Shown in pieces: positions 1 to 9,635 of a DNA stretch of 32,000 nucleotides. The stretch's first letter is position 1. Each line of letters starts with the position of its first letter. Source of the DNA: Rhodococcus sp. WMMA185 (GTDB taxonomy: Bacteria > Actinomycetota > Actinomycetes > Mycobacteriales > Mycobacteriaceae); NCBI RefSeq assembly GCF_001767395.1, contig NZ_CP017014.1:3581012-3613011 (forward strand), given 5' to 3'. Under the pieces are notes generated by a model. The model saw only the letters and a program-made list of their open reading frames with translations. It ran no database searches and was not told where the DNA came from. The position numbers and the translations under genes are program-made.

Positions 1-237
1 CGCCAGCGCATTCAGTGCACACGTCCGAGCCGCGGCCTTGGCGTCCTCGTCCGACACGTCGGCACCGACCTTGCCCACAGCCGTCAAGTTGCCCTGGGTT
101 ATTGGCAGCTGCCCCGACGTGTAGACGTAATTCCCCGTGCGCACAGCCGGCACGTACGCGGCCACCGGCGGAACGACGGGCGGGAGAGTGACGCCCAGTT
201 CGGCCAGGCGGCTCGACCAGTTCTGTGTCTGTGCCAT
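1..237 (-). CDS. RidA/YjgF (L-PSP) family protein, N-terminal 79 codons only; the gene continues left of the window
   Basis: Own reverse-strand translation from ATG 237-235: MAQTQNWSSRLAELGVTLPPVVPPVAAYVPAVRTGNYVYTSGQLPITQGNLTAVGKVGADVSDEDAKAAARTCALNALA. This is a YjgF/RidA-like N-terminus (TGN.VY.SGQ.P). The position matches Rv3678c in the M. tuberculosis block. It is absent from the ORF track because it runs off the edge. Confidence 0.7.
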   Translation of the reverse strand, partial: MAQTQNWSSRLAELGVTLPPVVPPVAAYVPAVRTGNYVYTSGQLPITQGNLTAVGKVGADVSDEDAKAAARTCALNALA

Positions 238-242
238 GGCCA

Positions 243-407
243 TCAGCCCTTCGGGCGCTTCAGGTAGGCGACGTGCTGCTCACCCGTGGGCCCGGGGAGA
301 ACCGACACCAGTTCCCAGCCGTCGGAGCCCCACTGGTCCAGGATTTGTTTGGTCGCATGCGTGAGCAGCGGAACGGTGGCGTACTCCCAGGAAGTCAATT
401 CACTCAT
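243..407 (-). CDS. Small DUF4177-like protein (54 aa)
   Basis: Own translation, ATG 407-405 to TGA 245-243: MSELTSWEYATVPLLTHATKQILDQWGSDGWELVSVLPGPTGEQHVAYLKRPKG. The W.Y....L......L...G..GWELV pattern is typical of DUF4177. It lies 5 nt upstream of the RidA start on the same strand. It is below the ORF-track size cut-off. Confidence 0.7.
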   Translation of the reverse strand: MSELTSWEYATVPLLTHATKQILDQWGSDGWELVSVLPGPTGEQHVAYLKRPKG

Positions 408-462
408 GCCGGTGAGCCTATCCCCCGCACGTCTCCGCTCCCAGACTTATAGGCTCGACCTC

Positions 463-1479
463 GTGGTTGCATCTCCAGACCAGCTCACCGCCGCCTGGCC
501 GCACAAGGCCGCGGCGGCTCGGCTGCACTTCGTTTCCGGAAAGGGCGGCACCGGAAAGACCACCGTGGCCGCAGCGCTGGCCCTCGCTTTGGCCGAGGGT
601 GGCCGTCGTGTACTGCTGGTAGAAGTCGAGGGTAGACAAGGCATCGCTCAACTCTTCGACGTGCCGCCGCTGCCCCCGAAGGAAACGAAGGTCGCGGCCG
701 CCGAAGGAGGCGGCGAGGTGATGGCGCTGGCCATAGACATCGAGACTGCTTTCCTCGAGTACCTCGACATGTTCTACAACCTCGGATTCGCCGGTCGGGC
801 GATGCGCCGGTTCGGCGCCATCGAATTCGCCACCACCATCGCGCCAGGCCTTCGCGACGTACTACTCACCGGCAAGATCAAGGAATGCGTCGTGCGAACC
901 GACAAATCCGGCAATCGCGTGTACGACGCCGTCGTCGTCGACTCCCCGCCTACCGGTCGCATCGGCAACTTCCTCGACGTGACCAAGGCGATGGCCGATC
1001 TCGCGAAGGGCGGACCGGTGCATGCGCAGAGCGAAGGGGTGGTGCGGCTGCTGCACTCGGACGAGACGGTCGTCCACCTGGTGACGCTGCTCGAGGCTCT
1101 TCCGGTGCAGGAAACAGCTGACGCCGCGGGGGATCTGATCCGATCCGATCTGCGATTGGGAACCGTCGTCGTCAATCGCACCAGCCCGCAGTTCCTCTCG
1201 TCCGAGGTGCTCGCCGACGCCGCCAAGGGCCGAATCGATGCCGAGAAGATTCACACCGGGCTGCGGGATGCTGGAATCGACCTGACCGAAGAAGATTTCG
1301 CAGGTCTCCTCACCGAGACGATCGAGCACGCGTCCGTTCTCGAAGCCGAGAAAGAGAGCGCCGTTCAACTCGAGGAAGTGGACGGTGCACGACTGCACCT
1401 GCCGTCGCTGTCCGACGGAGTTGATCTGGGCGGACTCTACGAGCTCGCCGAATATCTGATGGAACAGGGTGTCCGATGA
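463..1479 (+). CDS. ArsA/Get3-like P-loop ATPase (Rv3679-like), first of a coupled pair
   Basis: ORF 286..1479 carries a deviant Walker A (GKGGTGKTT) and is highly similar to Rv3679 as recalled ([53 protein letters not shown]). The part of the ORF before 408 overlaps the DUF4177 gene on the other strand, so the start is taken at GTG 463 (MVASPDQL...). ATG 406 is an alternative. Confidence 0.85.
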   Translation: MVASPDQLTAAWPHKAAAARLHFVSGKGGTGKTTVAAALALALAEGGRRVLLVEVEGRQGIAQLFDVPPLPPKETKVAAAEGGGEVMALAIDIETAFLEYLDMFYNLGFAGRAMRRFGAIEFATTIAPGLRDVLLTGKIKECVVRTDKSGNRVYDAVVVDSPPTGRIGNFLDVTKAMADLAKGGPVHAQSEGVVRLLHSDETVVHLVTLLEALPVQETADAAGDLIRSDLRLGTVVVNRTSPQFLSSEVLADAAKGRIDAEKIHTGLRDAGIDLTEEDFAGLLTETIEHASVLEAEKESAVQLEEVDGARLHLPSLSDGVDLGGLYELAEYLMEQGVR

Positions 1480-2618
1480 CCCAGGTAGTTGAACACGAGC
1501 ATCGCCATGTTGCCCCGGCCCTCGATGTGGCGGGTCTGCTCGAAGACCGGGCGACCCGGATCATCGTGTGCTGCGGCGCCGGCGGCGTGGGAAAGACGAC
1601 TACGGCGGCATCACTGGCCCTGCGAGCAGCCGAACAGGGCCGCAAGGTGGTCGTGCTGACCATCGACCCAGCCCGCCGACTCGCGCAGGCTCTCGGCGTC
1701 GCGGAACTCGACAACACCCCTCAACCGGTGGAACTCGGGGCGAGCACCACCGGTGAACTTCACGCCATGATGCTCAACATGCGGCGCACATTCGACGAGA
1801 TGGTGATCGAGCACACCACACCGGAGAAGGCCGAGCAGATTATCGCGAACCCCTTCTATCAGACGGTCGCCACCTCGTTCTCCGGCACGCAGGAGTACAT
1901 GGCAATGGAGAAGCTGGGGCAACTCGCTTCCAACTCCGACTGGGACCTGGTTGTGGTCGACACACCGCCGTCACGCAACGCGCTGGACTTCCTCGACGCA
2001 CCTCAGCGCCTCGGCGCGTTTCTCGATGGTCGCATGATCCGATTGTTCACGGCGCCTGGTCGTGGCCTTACTCGGTTGGTGACTGGGGCAATGGGCCTCG
2101 CGCTGCGCGGGGTGTCGACCATCGTGGGCAGTCAGATGCTCTCGGACGCGTCCAGTTTCGTCCAATCACTGGATTCGATGTTCGGCGGATTTCGCGAACG
2201 AGCACGGGCCACCTATGAATTGCTTCGACAGCCCGGGACGAACTTCTTGGTGATCGCCGCCGCCGAGCCGGACGCACTGCGGGAAGCCGCGTTCTTCGTG
2301 GACCGACTGTTGGGCGACGACATGCCACTTGCTGGGCTCGTGCTGAATCGGACGCATCCCACCCTGGCCTCTCTGTCGGCCGATCACGCGGTTACCGCCG
2401 CTGACCAACTAGAAGACCAGGATCCCCTCACCGCGGCCGTGCTGCAGATTCACGCCCACCGGGCCATGACCGCGAAGCGTGAGGTCCAGCTGTTGAGCCG
2501 ATTCACAGCCGCGCACCCACACGTGCCGATCGTCGGCGTTCCCTCGCTGCCGTTCGAGGTGTCCGACCTCGAAGCATTGAGGGCCGTGGGTGACCAGCTC
2601 ACTCGCAAGACGTCCTGA
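1476..2618 (+). CDS. ArsA/Get3-like P-loop ATPase (Rv3680-like), second of the pair
   Basis: Walker [10 protein letters not shown] and an ArsA-like body ([32 protein letters not shown]). Its ATG 1476 overlaps the upstream TGA (ATGA, 4-nt overlap), indicating translational coupling. Confidence 0.9.
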   Translation: MTQVVEHEHRHVAPALDVAGLLEDRATRIIVCCGAGGVGKTTTAASLALRAAEQGRKVVVLTIDPARRLAQALGVAELDNTPQPVELGASTTGELHAMMLNMRRTFDEMVIEHTTPEKAEQIIANPFYQTVATSFSGTQEYMAMEKLGQLASNSDWDLVVVDTPPSRNALDFLDAPQRLGAFLDGRMIRLFTAPGRGLTRLVTGAMGLALRGVSTIVGSQMLSDASSFVQSLDSMFGGFRERARATYELLRQPGTNFLVIAAAEPDALREAAFFVDRLLGDDMPLAGLVLNRTHPTLASLSADHAVTAADQLEDQDPLTAAVLQIHAHRAMTAKREVQLLSRFTAAHPHVPIVGVPSLPFEVSDLEALRAVGDQLTRKTS

Positions 2619-2690
2619 GCTCGCCGGTCATCCGGTCCGCGCTATTCCCCCGGCGCTATATCCCCCGGTTGGAAGTCAGCCCCCCAGGAG

Positions 2691-3014
2691 TCAGACAGCG
2701 GACTGATGCTGCCGCTGCGCTTCGAAGAAGTCAGACCACGACTCGACCTCAGGGTGCTGCTTGAGTAGTGCTCGGCGCTGACGTTCCGTCATGCCGCCCC
2801 ATACGCCGAATTCGACACGATTGTCGAGAGCATCGGCCCCACACTGCATCAAAACCGGGCAATGCCGGCAGATCGTCGCAGCCTTCCGCTGCGCTGCGCC
2901 ACGGACGAAGAGCTGATCGGGATCGACTTCCCGACAACGAGCCTGCGTGACCCAGGCGATTCGAGCTTCTGCTTGCTCGACATCCAAACGGCTAGTTGGG
3001 GTGGTCATGTGCAT
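2691..3014 (-). CDS. whiB4: WhiB-family Fe-S redox transcription factor, WhiB4-like
   Basis: The C-terminal 107 aa of ORF 2691..3461 give MHMTTPTSRLDVEQAEARIAWVTQARCREVDPDQLFVRGAAQRKAATICRHCPVLMQCGADALDNRVEFGVWGGMTERQRRALLKQHPEV. This contains four Cys (C..CxxCxxxxxC) and the GVWGG turn. It is nearly collinear with Mtb WhiB4 and sits next to ponA2 as in Mtb. Start ATG 3014, or 3008. Confidence 0.9.
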   Translation of the reverse strand: MHMTTPTSRLDVEQAEARIAWVTQARCREVDPDQLFVRGAAQRKAATICRHCPVLMQCGADALDNRVEFGVWGGMTERQRRALLKQHPEVESWSDFFEAQRQHQSAV

Positions 3015-3255
3015 TCGGTTCCCCTCTTGTGTCTGCACAGCCCCCCCGCCTATCACGCTGAGACTGCACCAGATAAGTGATGGGCTGTTATCTCCATCAC
3101 ACCGTTCCCATAATTTAGGTAAAGAATCTGCAATGCGCAAGATGGAATCCACGACTTTTTGGTACGTACGTCCATCCCCACTGCTCAGGGCAGTTTCGTA
3201 GCCGACAATCTGCACCCGACCGGGGCACCCGAAGACCCCACGTACCCTGTAGGGC

Positions 3256-5631
3256 GTGTCGATTGCAAAAACAGTGGGGAAGCTCGCGGGATCATCTGCC
3301 CTCGCGGGCGTGCTCCTCGCCGGCGTGATGTTTCCGCTCGCCGGAGGATTCGGATATGCCTCCAACAGGGCGGCGGACACGGTGGATAACGTCTCCGCCG
3401 AACTGGTCGACGGAACGGTTCCCGCCGTCTCGACGATGGTTGACGCCGAGGGCAACCCCATTGCCTGGCTCTACGATCAGCGACGGTTCGAAGTCCCCAG
3501 CGACCAGATCTCCAACGAGATGAAGCTCGCTATCGTCTCGGTCGAAGACCGCCGGTTCCCCGAGCACAAGGGCGTGGACTGGCAGGGAACGATACGGGCG
3601 TTTCTGACCAACACCACGAGCGGCGAGGTCCAGCAGGGCGCATCGACGATCGACCAACAGTATGTAAAGAACTACCAACTGCTCGTCGTGGCCAAGACCG
3701 ATGCCGAACGTCGCGCCGCGATCGAAACGACCCCGGCCCGCAAGATCCGCGAGATCCGGATGGCGCTGACCCTGGACAAGGAACTCACCAAGGACGAGAT
3801 CCTTACCCGGTACCTGAACCTGGTGCCGTTCGGCAACGGCTCGTTCGGCATCCAGGACGCCGCGCAGACCTACTTCGGCATCGACGCGTCCCAACTCAAC
3901 ACTCAGCAGTCCGCGATGCTCGCGGGCATGGTTCAGTCGAGCTCGGCACTGAACCCCTATACGAACCCCGACGGTGTCCTCGCGCGGCGCAACGTCGTGC
4001 TCGACACGATGAGCTCGAGCATTCCCGACCGTGCCGCAGAATTCCAAGGGCTCAAGGAAACCCCGCTCGGGGTGCTGCCCGAACCCAACCGACTGCCCCG
4101 CGGGTGTATCGCGGCCGGAGATGCCGGCTTCTTCTGCGACTACGCCCTGGACTACCTGGCCTCCGCCGGCATCAGCCGCGAGCAGGTCGACAAGGGCGGC
4201 TATCTGATCAAGACGACGCTCGACCCCGAGGTCCAGTCATCGACCAAGGCGGCCCTCGACTCCAAGGCGAGCCCCACGCTCGACGGGATCGCCAATGTCA
4301 TGAACGTGATCCAGCCCGGACAGGACTCGCACCGGATCCTCGCAATGGGCAGCAGCCGCACGTACGGCCTCGACGCGGACGAGCACGAGACCGTCCAGCC
4401 GCAGCCGTACTCGTTGGCCGGCCACGGCGCCGGATCGATCTTCAAAATCTTCACAACGGCGGCCGCCATGGAAAAGGGCCTCGGCACCAGCGCCGTCTTG
4501 GACGTACCCGCTCGATTCGAGGCAAGGGGCATGGGTAGCGGTGGCGCGAGGGGCTGCCCTCCGAACACGTACTGCGTCGAGAACGCGGGCAATTACCCCT
4601 CGGCGCTCTCGGTGACGGACGCGCTCGCGCAGTCGCCCAATACCGCATTCGTCGAGCTGATCCAGGCCACCGGTGTCACACCGACGGTGGATATGGCCGT
4701 ACGTCTGGGCCTGCGCTCCTACGCCGAACCCAACACCTCGGGCTTCGACGACAGAAGCATGGCCGACTTCCAGAAGGAACAGAATCTTGGCTCGTTCACG
4801 CTCGGGCCTACCTGGATCAATCCGCTCGAGTTGTCGAACGTCGCTGCGACGCTCGCGTCACACGGCATGTGGTGCCCACCCACACCGATCGACTCGGTGT
4901 TCGACCGCAACGGTAATCCCGTCAGTCTCAAGGAGCAGGCGTGCGAGCAGGTCGTCGAACCCGGCCTGGCCGACACACTGGCCAATGCCATGAGCAAGGA
5001 CGACGCGCCCGGTGGCACATCCGCCTCAGCCGCGAGGTCCGCCGGCTGGACGCTCCCGATGTCGGGCAAGACCGGCACTACCGAGTCCAACATGTCATCG
5101 GGCTTCCTCGGGTTTACCAACAACTTCGCCGCAGCCGCCTACGTGTTCGGCGACTCACCCACACCGGGCCGGATCTGCTCGTTTCCGCTGCGGCCCTGCA
5201 GCGGCGGAAATCTCTACGGCGGGAACGAGCCCGCCCAGACATGGTTCGCAGCGCTGAACCCGGTCGCCGACAAGTTCGGGCCGACGACGCTGCCGCCGCT
5301 CGACCAGAAGTACGTGCGGGGCTCGCAGAACGGCCAGGTGCCGAGCGTCGCCGGCCTGAGTCAGTCGGCCGCGATCTCGGTCCTGCAGGGTGCAGGTTTC
5401 TCGGTGAACTCGGTCACCACCGACTCTTCGGCGGCGGCGGGAACGGTCACCGGGTCGTCCCCGTCCGGTTCAGCGGTCCCGGGCTCGACCATCACGATCT
5501 ACGTCAGCAGCGGGACAGCGCCGCCCGAGCCGGAGGAGCAGCCGGACGAGGGAACCCCCGTTCCACCTCTCCAGTTGCCATTCCAGATACCCGGCCTCCC
5601 GCCGATCCAGCTGCCACTACCGCCCGGGTGA
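3256..5631 (+). CDS. ponA2: Class A penicillin-binding protein (transglycosylase/transpeptidase) with C-terminal PASTA domain and Pro-rich tail
   Basis: N-terminal TM helix. GT51 motifs are present (SVEDRRF, GASTIDQQYVKN, RKIREIRMAL). The transpeptidase module shows SIFK, SPN and KTGT. A PASTA-like segment (VPSVAGLSQSAAISVLQGAGFSV...GSTITIYVSSG) is followed by a Pro-rich tail. The protein is collinear with Mtb PonA2. GTG 3256 is the first start after an in-frame stop. Confidence 0.92.
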   Translation: MSIAKTVGKLAGSSALAGVLLAGVMFPLAGGFGYASNRAADTVDNVSAELVDGTVPAVSTMVDAEGNPIAWLYDQRRFEVPSDQISNEMKLAIVSVEDRRFPEHKGVDWQGTIRAFLTNTTSGEVQQGASTIDQQYVKNYQLLVVAKTDAERRAAIETTPARKIREIRMALTLDKELTKDEILTRYLNLVPFGNGSFGIQDAAQTYFGIDASQLNTQQSAMLAGMVQSSSALNPYTNPDGVLARRNVVLDTMSSSIPDRAAEFQGLKETPLGVLPEPNRLPRGCIAAGDAGFFCDYALDYLASAGISREQVDKGGYLIKTTLDPEVQSSTKAALDSKASPTLDGIANVMNVIQPGQDSHRILAMGSSRTYGLDADEHETVQPQPYSLAGHGAGSIFKIFTTAAAMEKGLGTSAVLDVPARFEARGMGSGGARGCPPNTYCVENAGNYPSALSVTDALAQSPNTAFVELIQATGVTPTVDMAVRLGLRSYAEPNTSGFDDRSMADFQKEQNLGSFTLGPTWINPLELSNVAATLASHGMWCPPTPIDSVFDRNGNPVSLKEQACEQVVEPGLADTLANAMSKDDAPGGTSASAARSAGWTLPMSGKTGTTESNMSSGFLGFTNNFAAAAYVFGDSPTPGRICSFPLRPCSGGNLYGGNEPAQTWFAALNPVADKFGPTTLPPLDQKYVRGSQNGQVPSVAGLSQSAAISVLQGAGFSVNSVTTDSSAAAGTVTGSSPSGSAVPGSTITIYVSSGTAPPEPEEQPDEGTPVPPLQLPFQIPGLPPIQLPLPPG

Positions 5632-5635
5632 TCGA

Positions 5636-5675
5636 ATGTGGGTGGGACATGCGCCTGTGCAAGTCCCACCCACAT
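5636..5675. terminator. Perfect 13-bp hairpin between the convergent ponA2 and yqeY-like genes (bidirectional terminator candidate)
   Basis: atgtgggtgggac (5636-5648) pairs with gtcccacccacat (5663-5675) across a 14-nt loop. It sits exactly between the two stop codons (5631 and 5677). Confidence 0.7.
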
Positions 5676-5676
5676 G

Positions 5677-6144
5677 TCAGAGGCGGGACTTGACCGCCTC
5701 GGCAAGCCGCTTGCCGTCGGCCTTGTTACCGGCAATTGCCGAAGCAGCCTTCATGACCTGACCCATCTGACGCATACCGGGGCGCTCCCCGATGTCCTCT
5801 GCTACCTGAGCGAGTGCCGTGTCCACGACGTCCACGAGTTCGGCGTCGGTCAATGGCGTCGGTAGATACTCGTCGATGATCCGGGCTTCGGCGTGCTCCT
5901 TCGCCGCCAGTTCGCCTCTCCCGTTCTCGGTGTAGATCTCCGCAGCCTCTCCGCGCTTCTTCGACTCCTTCGCGAGGACCGCCAGAATCTCGTCGTCGGT
6001 GAGTTCGCGGGCTTGCTTGCCGGCGACCTCCTCGGTCTGAACTGAGGCCAGCAGCATGCGGATCGTGGAAGTACGCAACGAGTCCTTTGCCTTCATGGCG
6101 GCCGTCATGTCGGAGCGCAGTCGTGCTTTCAGTGAATCTGACAT
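5677..6144 (-). CDS. GatB/YqeY domain-containing protein (155 aa)
   Basis: C-terminal part of ORF 5677..6513: MSDSLKARLRSDMTAAMKAKDSLRTSTIRMLLASVQTEEVAGK...LTDDEILAVLAKESKKRGEAAEIY, a typical YqeY pattern. Start ATG 6144. The upstream 123 codons of the ORF are Arg/Ser-rich and overlap the neighbouring gene. Confidence 0.88.
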   Translation of the reverse strand: MSDSLKARLRSDMTAAMKAKDSLRTSTIRMLLASVQTEEVAGKQARELTDDEILAVLAKESKKRGEAAEIYTENGRGELAAKEHAEARIIDEYLPTPLTDAELVDVVDTALAQVAEDIGERPGMRQMGQVMKAASAIAGNKADGKRLAEAVKSRL

Positions 6145-6244
6145 GAGCAGAACGCTACGCGGTCGTAATCCGAATGAGCCACCGGAATTCTCCGCAGCCG
6201 ATCTGGCACTGCATCTCAATTGCACGGATCGGTATCCTGAGGGA

Positions 6245-7216
6245 GTGTCTGACGACTTCCGTACCAATCTGACTCGCGCCGCTCTTGGTACCGCAGGTGC
6301 CGCCGCCCTCGGGATCGGATATGCATCGCTCATCGAACGCAACGCTTTCGCACTGCGCGAGGTCACGATGCCGGTCCTCGAGCCGGAGTCGTCGACGCTG
6401 CGAGTCCTCCACATCAGCGACCTGCACATGATGCCCGGGCAACGGCTCAAGCAGAACTGGCTACGTGAACTCGACAGTCTCGACCCCGATCTCGTCGTCA
6501 ACACCGGCGACAACCTGTCGCATCCGCGGGCGGTTCCCGCGGTGGTTCAGGCGTTGGGCAATCTACTGGCCCGGCCCGGGCTGTTCGTCTTCGGCAGCAA
6601 CGACTACTTCGCGCCGAAGCCGAAGAACCCGCTCAAGTACTTCCGCAGGGACCACGGACGAGTGCTGGGTGAGCCGCTGCCATGGGGCGACTTGCGTGCA
6701 GCCTTCACCGAACGCGGCTGGTTCGACATCACCCACACGCGACGCGACTTCGAGGTGGCAGGAGTCAAGGTCGCGTCAGCAGGTATCGACGACCCACACC
6801 TCGGGCGCGACCGGTACGACACCATCGCCGGGCCTGGTAACCCGCATGCCGACCTCCGGCTCGGCCTCACCCACTCCCCCGAGCCCCGGGTGCTCGACCG
6901 TTTCGCCGACGACGGGTACGACCTGGTACTCGCCGGCCACACACACGGCGGTCAACTCTGCCTGCCGATCTACGGTGCGCTGGTCACCAACTGCGGCATC
7001 GACCGTTCGCGAGTCAAGGGCCCGTCCCAGTGGGGCTCCCACACCCAGGTACACGTGTCCGCCGGAATCGGGACATCACCCTGGGCACCTGTACGTTTCT
7101 GCTGCCGCCCCGAGGCGACACTCCTGACTTTGGTTCCCGCACAGCGAGGCGGCTCCGACGCAGGTGCCGGGCGGGGCCGCACCAGTCCGTCGCAGAGTGA
7201 AGTTTTGCGCAATTGA
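6245..7216 (+). CDS. Membrane-anchored calcineurin-like metallophosphoesterase (Rv3683-like)
   Basis: N-terminal TM helix ([22 protein letters not shown]). Metallophosphoesterase motifs are present: [35 protein letters not shown] 6245 is preferred because codons 6143-6244 have low third-position GC. ATG 6143 is the alternative. Confidence 0.85.
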   Translation: MSDDFRTNLTRAALGTAGAAALGIGYASLIERNAFALREVTMPVLEPESSTLRVLHISDLHMMPGQRLKQNWLRELDSLDPDLVVNTGDNLSHPRAVPAVVQALGNLLARPGLFVFGSNDYFAPKPKNPLKYFRRDHGRVLGEPLPWGDLRAAFTERGWFDITHTRRDFEVAGVKVASAGIDDPHLGRDRYDTIAGPGNPHADLRLGLTHSPEPRVLDRFADDGYDLVLAGHTHGGQLCLPIYGALVTNCGIDRSRVKGPSQWGSHTQVHVSAGIGTSPWAPVRFCCRPEATLLTLVPAQRGGSDAGAGRGRTSPSQSEVLRN

Positions 7217-7269
7217 CCTGCTGATTTAGTCCTACGATCCCGATCCTGTAGGCTAGCCGAGGTTCAACA

Positions 7270-7346
<77 letters not shown>

Positions 7347-7359
7347 GTGTTAGAGCAGG

Positions 7360-7404
7360 TAGAGGCCCTGTCCGAGAATTTCGGGTAGGGCCTCTATTTC
7401 GTTT
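7360..7404 (+). terminator. Intrinsic terminator downstream of tRNA-Pro
   Basis: tagaggccctgtccga (7360-7375) pairs with tcgggtagggcctcta (7381-7396). This gives a 16-bp stem including two G-U pairs, a 5-nt loop gaatt, and a following tttcgttt tail. Confidence 0.75.
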
Positions 7405-7707
7405 CCGTCCGCAGTGCGTCCGGGACTCGGACGCACGGTCCGAGAATCGCCACAACAGCCTAGCCAGCAACATGAGCGACGCATGGACACCTGCCAGGAA
7501 TGATGAACGGCCATAAAGAAGTTCTGGACACCTTCGCCACTACCGGTGTCGCCAACGTTGTGCTGTCGCTGAGGCGCCGCCAACTCTCCTGACCAAGCGA
7601 TGACCCGATACCTGAGTCACGGAGACGGTGCCGATCGACTCTGGGTTAGGTGTCGACCGTTGCGGAGAGCCTTGACAGGTTTCGCTGTGCGCCATTGACT
7701 CACGTAC

Positions 7708-8589
7708 ATGACCACCGCAGCACTGAGCAAGCAGTACAAGACCGTCAACGGCAAACGAATGGCCTACCACGACGTCGGAACGGGTGATCCCGTCATCTTC
7801 TTGCACGGCAATCCCACATCGTCGTATCTCTGGCGCGATATCCTGCCTCACGTGTCCGGACAGGCCCGGTGCGTCGTGCCCGATCTGATCGGGCACGGAG
7901 ACTCGGACAAACTCGACGACCCGGGTGTCGGCTCCTACACATTCGTCGAGCATCGTGAGTACCTCGACGGTCTTCTCGATCAACTCGAACTCGGCGACAG
8001 CGTCACCTTCGTCGTCCACGACTGGGGCTCGGCGCTCGGTTTCGACTGGGCAAACCGCCACCGCGACCGGGTCGCCGGCATCGCGTACATGGAGGCGATC
8101 GTTCGCCCTGTGACGTGGGAGGAATGGCCGGAATCGGCGCGCGGGATCTTTGAGGCGCTGCGTTCGGAGGCGGGCGAGGAGATGGTGCTGACGAAGAACC
8201 TGTTCGTCGAGGCGATCCTGCCTGCGTCGATCATCCGCAAGCTCAGCGACGAGGAGATGAACGAGTACCGGCGCCCGTTCGCCTCCCCGGGTGAGGACCG
8301 TCGGCCGACGCTGACGTGGCCCCGCCAGATCCCGCTCGATGGTGAACCCGCCGACGTCGTCGAGATCGTGCAGTCATACGCCGACTGGTTGTCGACCTCC
8401 GACGTGCCGAAGCTGTTCATCAATGCCGACCCGGGAACGATCCTGACCGGACCCCAACGCGAGTTCGCCCGTTCCTGGCCGAACCAAACCGAGACGACAG
8501 TCGCCGGAACCCATTTCATCCAAGAGGACAGCCCACACGAGATCGGTAAGGCGATTGCCGAATGGCTGCCGAGCCTCGGTCGGGGTTGA
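7708..8589 (+). CDS. Haloalkane dehalogenase, HLD-II subfamily (DmbA/DhaA-like alpha/beta hydrolase)
   Basis: [11 protein letters not shown] (halide-binding Asn), HDWGSALGF (nucleophile Asp plus Trp), MEAIVRP (catalytic Glu position) and [10 protein letters not shown] (catalytic His). Collinear with Mtb DmbA (Rv2579) as recalled. Confidence 0.9.
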   Translation: MTTAALSKQYKTVNGKRMAYHDVGTGDPVIFLHGNPTSSYLWRDILPHVSGQARCVVPDLIGHGDSDKLDDPGVGSYTFVEHREYLDGLLDQLELGDSVTFVVHDWGSALGFDWANRHRDRVAGIAYMEAIVRPVTWEEWPESARGIFEALRSEAGEEMVLTKNLFVEAILPASIIRKLSDEEMNEYRRPFASPGEDRRPTLTWPRQIPLDGEPADVVEIVQSYADWLSTSDVPKLFINADPGTILTGPQREFARSWPNQTETTVAGTHFIQEDSPHEIGKAIAEWLPSLGRG

Positions 8590-8653
8590 GTTCGGTCAAG
8601 AGGCGCCCCTGCCCAACCGATACGGTGGCTCGGATTCCTGGGGGATCAGAAAG

Positions 8654-9550
8654 TTGCGACACGTGCTCGTGGACACCGATTGCGGCGCGGATGACGCACT
8701 CGCACTGGCTTTTCTCGCGAGGACATCTGGCGTCGAGTTGACGAGAGTCACCTCGACCTGGGGGAACTGTACGGCCGATGAGGCGGCAGCGAACGCACAG
8801 TATGTTCTGCGTACGGTAGGCGCGGACCACGTACCGGTAGTTGCTGGGTCATCCAGACCGAATCCTTCATGGCGCCGGGGCACCGCTCATGGCCCGGATG
8901 GGCTCGGGGAAGGCGAGCCGCCGAGACCAACGTGGACCGGTCCCGTGGGAGCCGCGGAGGCGATTGTGCAGTTCGCTCTCGATCACGCGGGGGAAGCAGA
9001 ATTGCTGTGCATCGGCCCGCTGACGAATCTATCCGCGGCCCTTGAACGCGCGCCATGGCTACCAGAGTTGTTCCGGAGCGTGGTCATCATGGCCGGCCAC
9101 GGTGTGAGCGACAGTGAATGGCTGCGGCAGGCCGGGGATACCAACACCCGGCACGATCCTGTTGCCGCGCAGCATGTTGCGGACTCCTTGCTCCCTGCGG
9201 TGTGGGTGGGCATCGATATCACGCGATCCGTGTTGCTGTCGGGAGATGACTTCGGCAACGGGAAGGCCGGCCGAGTTCTTCGCCGCATTCATCAGGAGTA
9301 CGGCCGAAATCGGGCCAGGGATTACGGGTACGCCGAAGTGGGCTGGCACGTTCCAGCGCATGACGGCGTGGCGGCGGTCTGCTTGGCAGACGAGTCGGCG
9401 GCCGGCCTGGCGACCGTGCCGGGAAGAATGGTTGTGCTCGACACCGAGTCGGGGCCGACCTTGCGGTGCAACGGTTCGGGGCACCATCGGGTCGCGACAG
9501 GAATTGATACCGCATCCGTCCTGAGGCTGCTGCGGCGGGTGACTCTCTGA
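8654..9550 (+). CDS. Inosine-uridine-preferring nucleoside hydrolase family protein
   Basis: The N-terminal DTDCGADDALAL matches the DxDxxxDD metal/ribose motif of IU-nucleoside hydrolases, with an MAGHG region later. TTG 8654 is chosen as start (GGGGGA 8 nt upstream); GTG 8663 is equally possible. The ATG 8555 of the ORF track would overlap the dehalogenase by 35 nt. Confidence 0.75.
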   Translation: MRHVLVDTDCGADDALALAFLARTSGVELTRVTSTWGNCTADEAAANAQYVLRTVGADHVPVVAGSSRPNPSWRRGTAHGPDGLGEGEPPRPTWTGPVGAAEAIVQFALDHAGEAELLCIGPLTNLSAALERAPWLPELFRSVVIMAGHGVSDSEWLRQAGDTNTRHDPVAAQHVADSLLPAVWVGIDITRSVLLSGDDFGNGKAGRVLRRIHQEYGRNRARDYGYAEVGWHVPAHDGVAAVCLADESAAGLATVPGRMVVLDTESGPTLRCNGSGHHRVATGIDTASVLRLLRRVTL

Positions 9551-9635
9551 TGAACCTCCGTTGCCGCGTGGGACCGATCGGTTCGGGTTGCCCGTCTGAC
9601 AACTGACAGCAGCTTCGTACGGTGACCAGCCCCGC

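Noticed and set aside
2639-2668. An imperfect 15-nt tandem (gcgctattcccccgg / cgctatatcccccgg) between the convergent ATPase and whiB4 genes.
   Set aside because: There are only two imperfect copies, with no hairpin or associated ORF. It is probably a chance or slippage product with no function I can support.
3133-3201. A 22-codon ORF (MRKMESTTFWYVRPSPLLRAVS) in the whiB4-ponA2 spacer.
   Set aside because: It has no SD, low GC3 and sits in AT-rich promoter-like sequence.
3015-3461. Upstream extension of the whiB4 ORF to 256 aa.
   Set aside because: WhiB proteins are about 100 aa. The homology starts at MHMTTPTS (3014), and the extension overlaps the ponA2 start and the AT-rich promoter region.
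6145-6513. Upstream extension of the yqeY-like ORF to 278 aa, and the 6056-6244 extension of the metallophosphoesterase ORF.
   Set aside because: The two extensions overlap each other on opposite strands. The YqeY domain starts at MSDSLKARL (6144). The 6143-6244 codons have low GC3.
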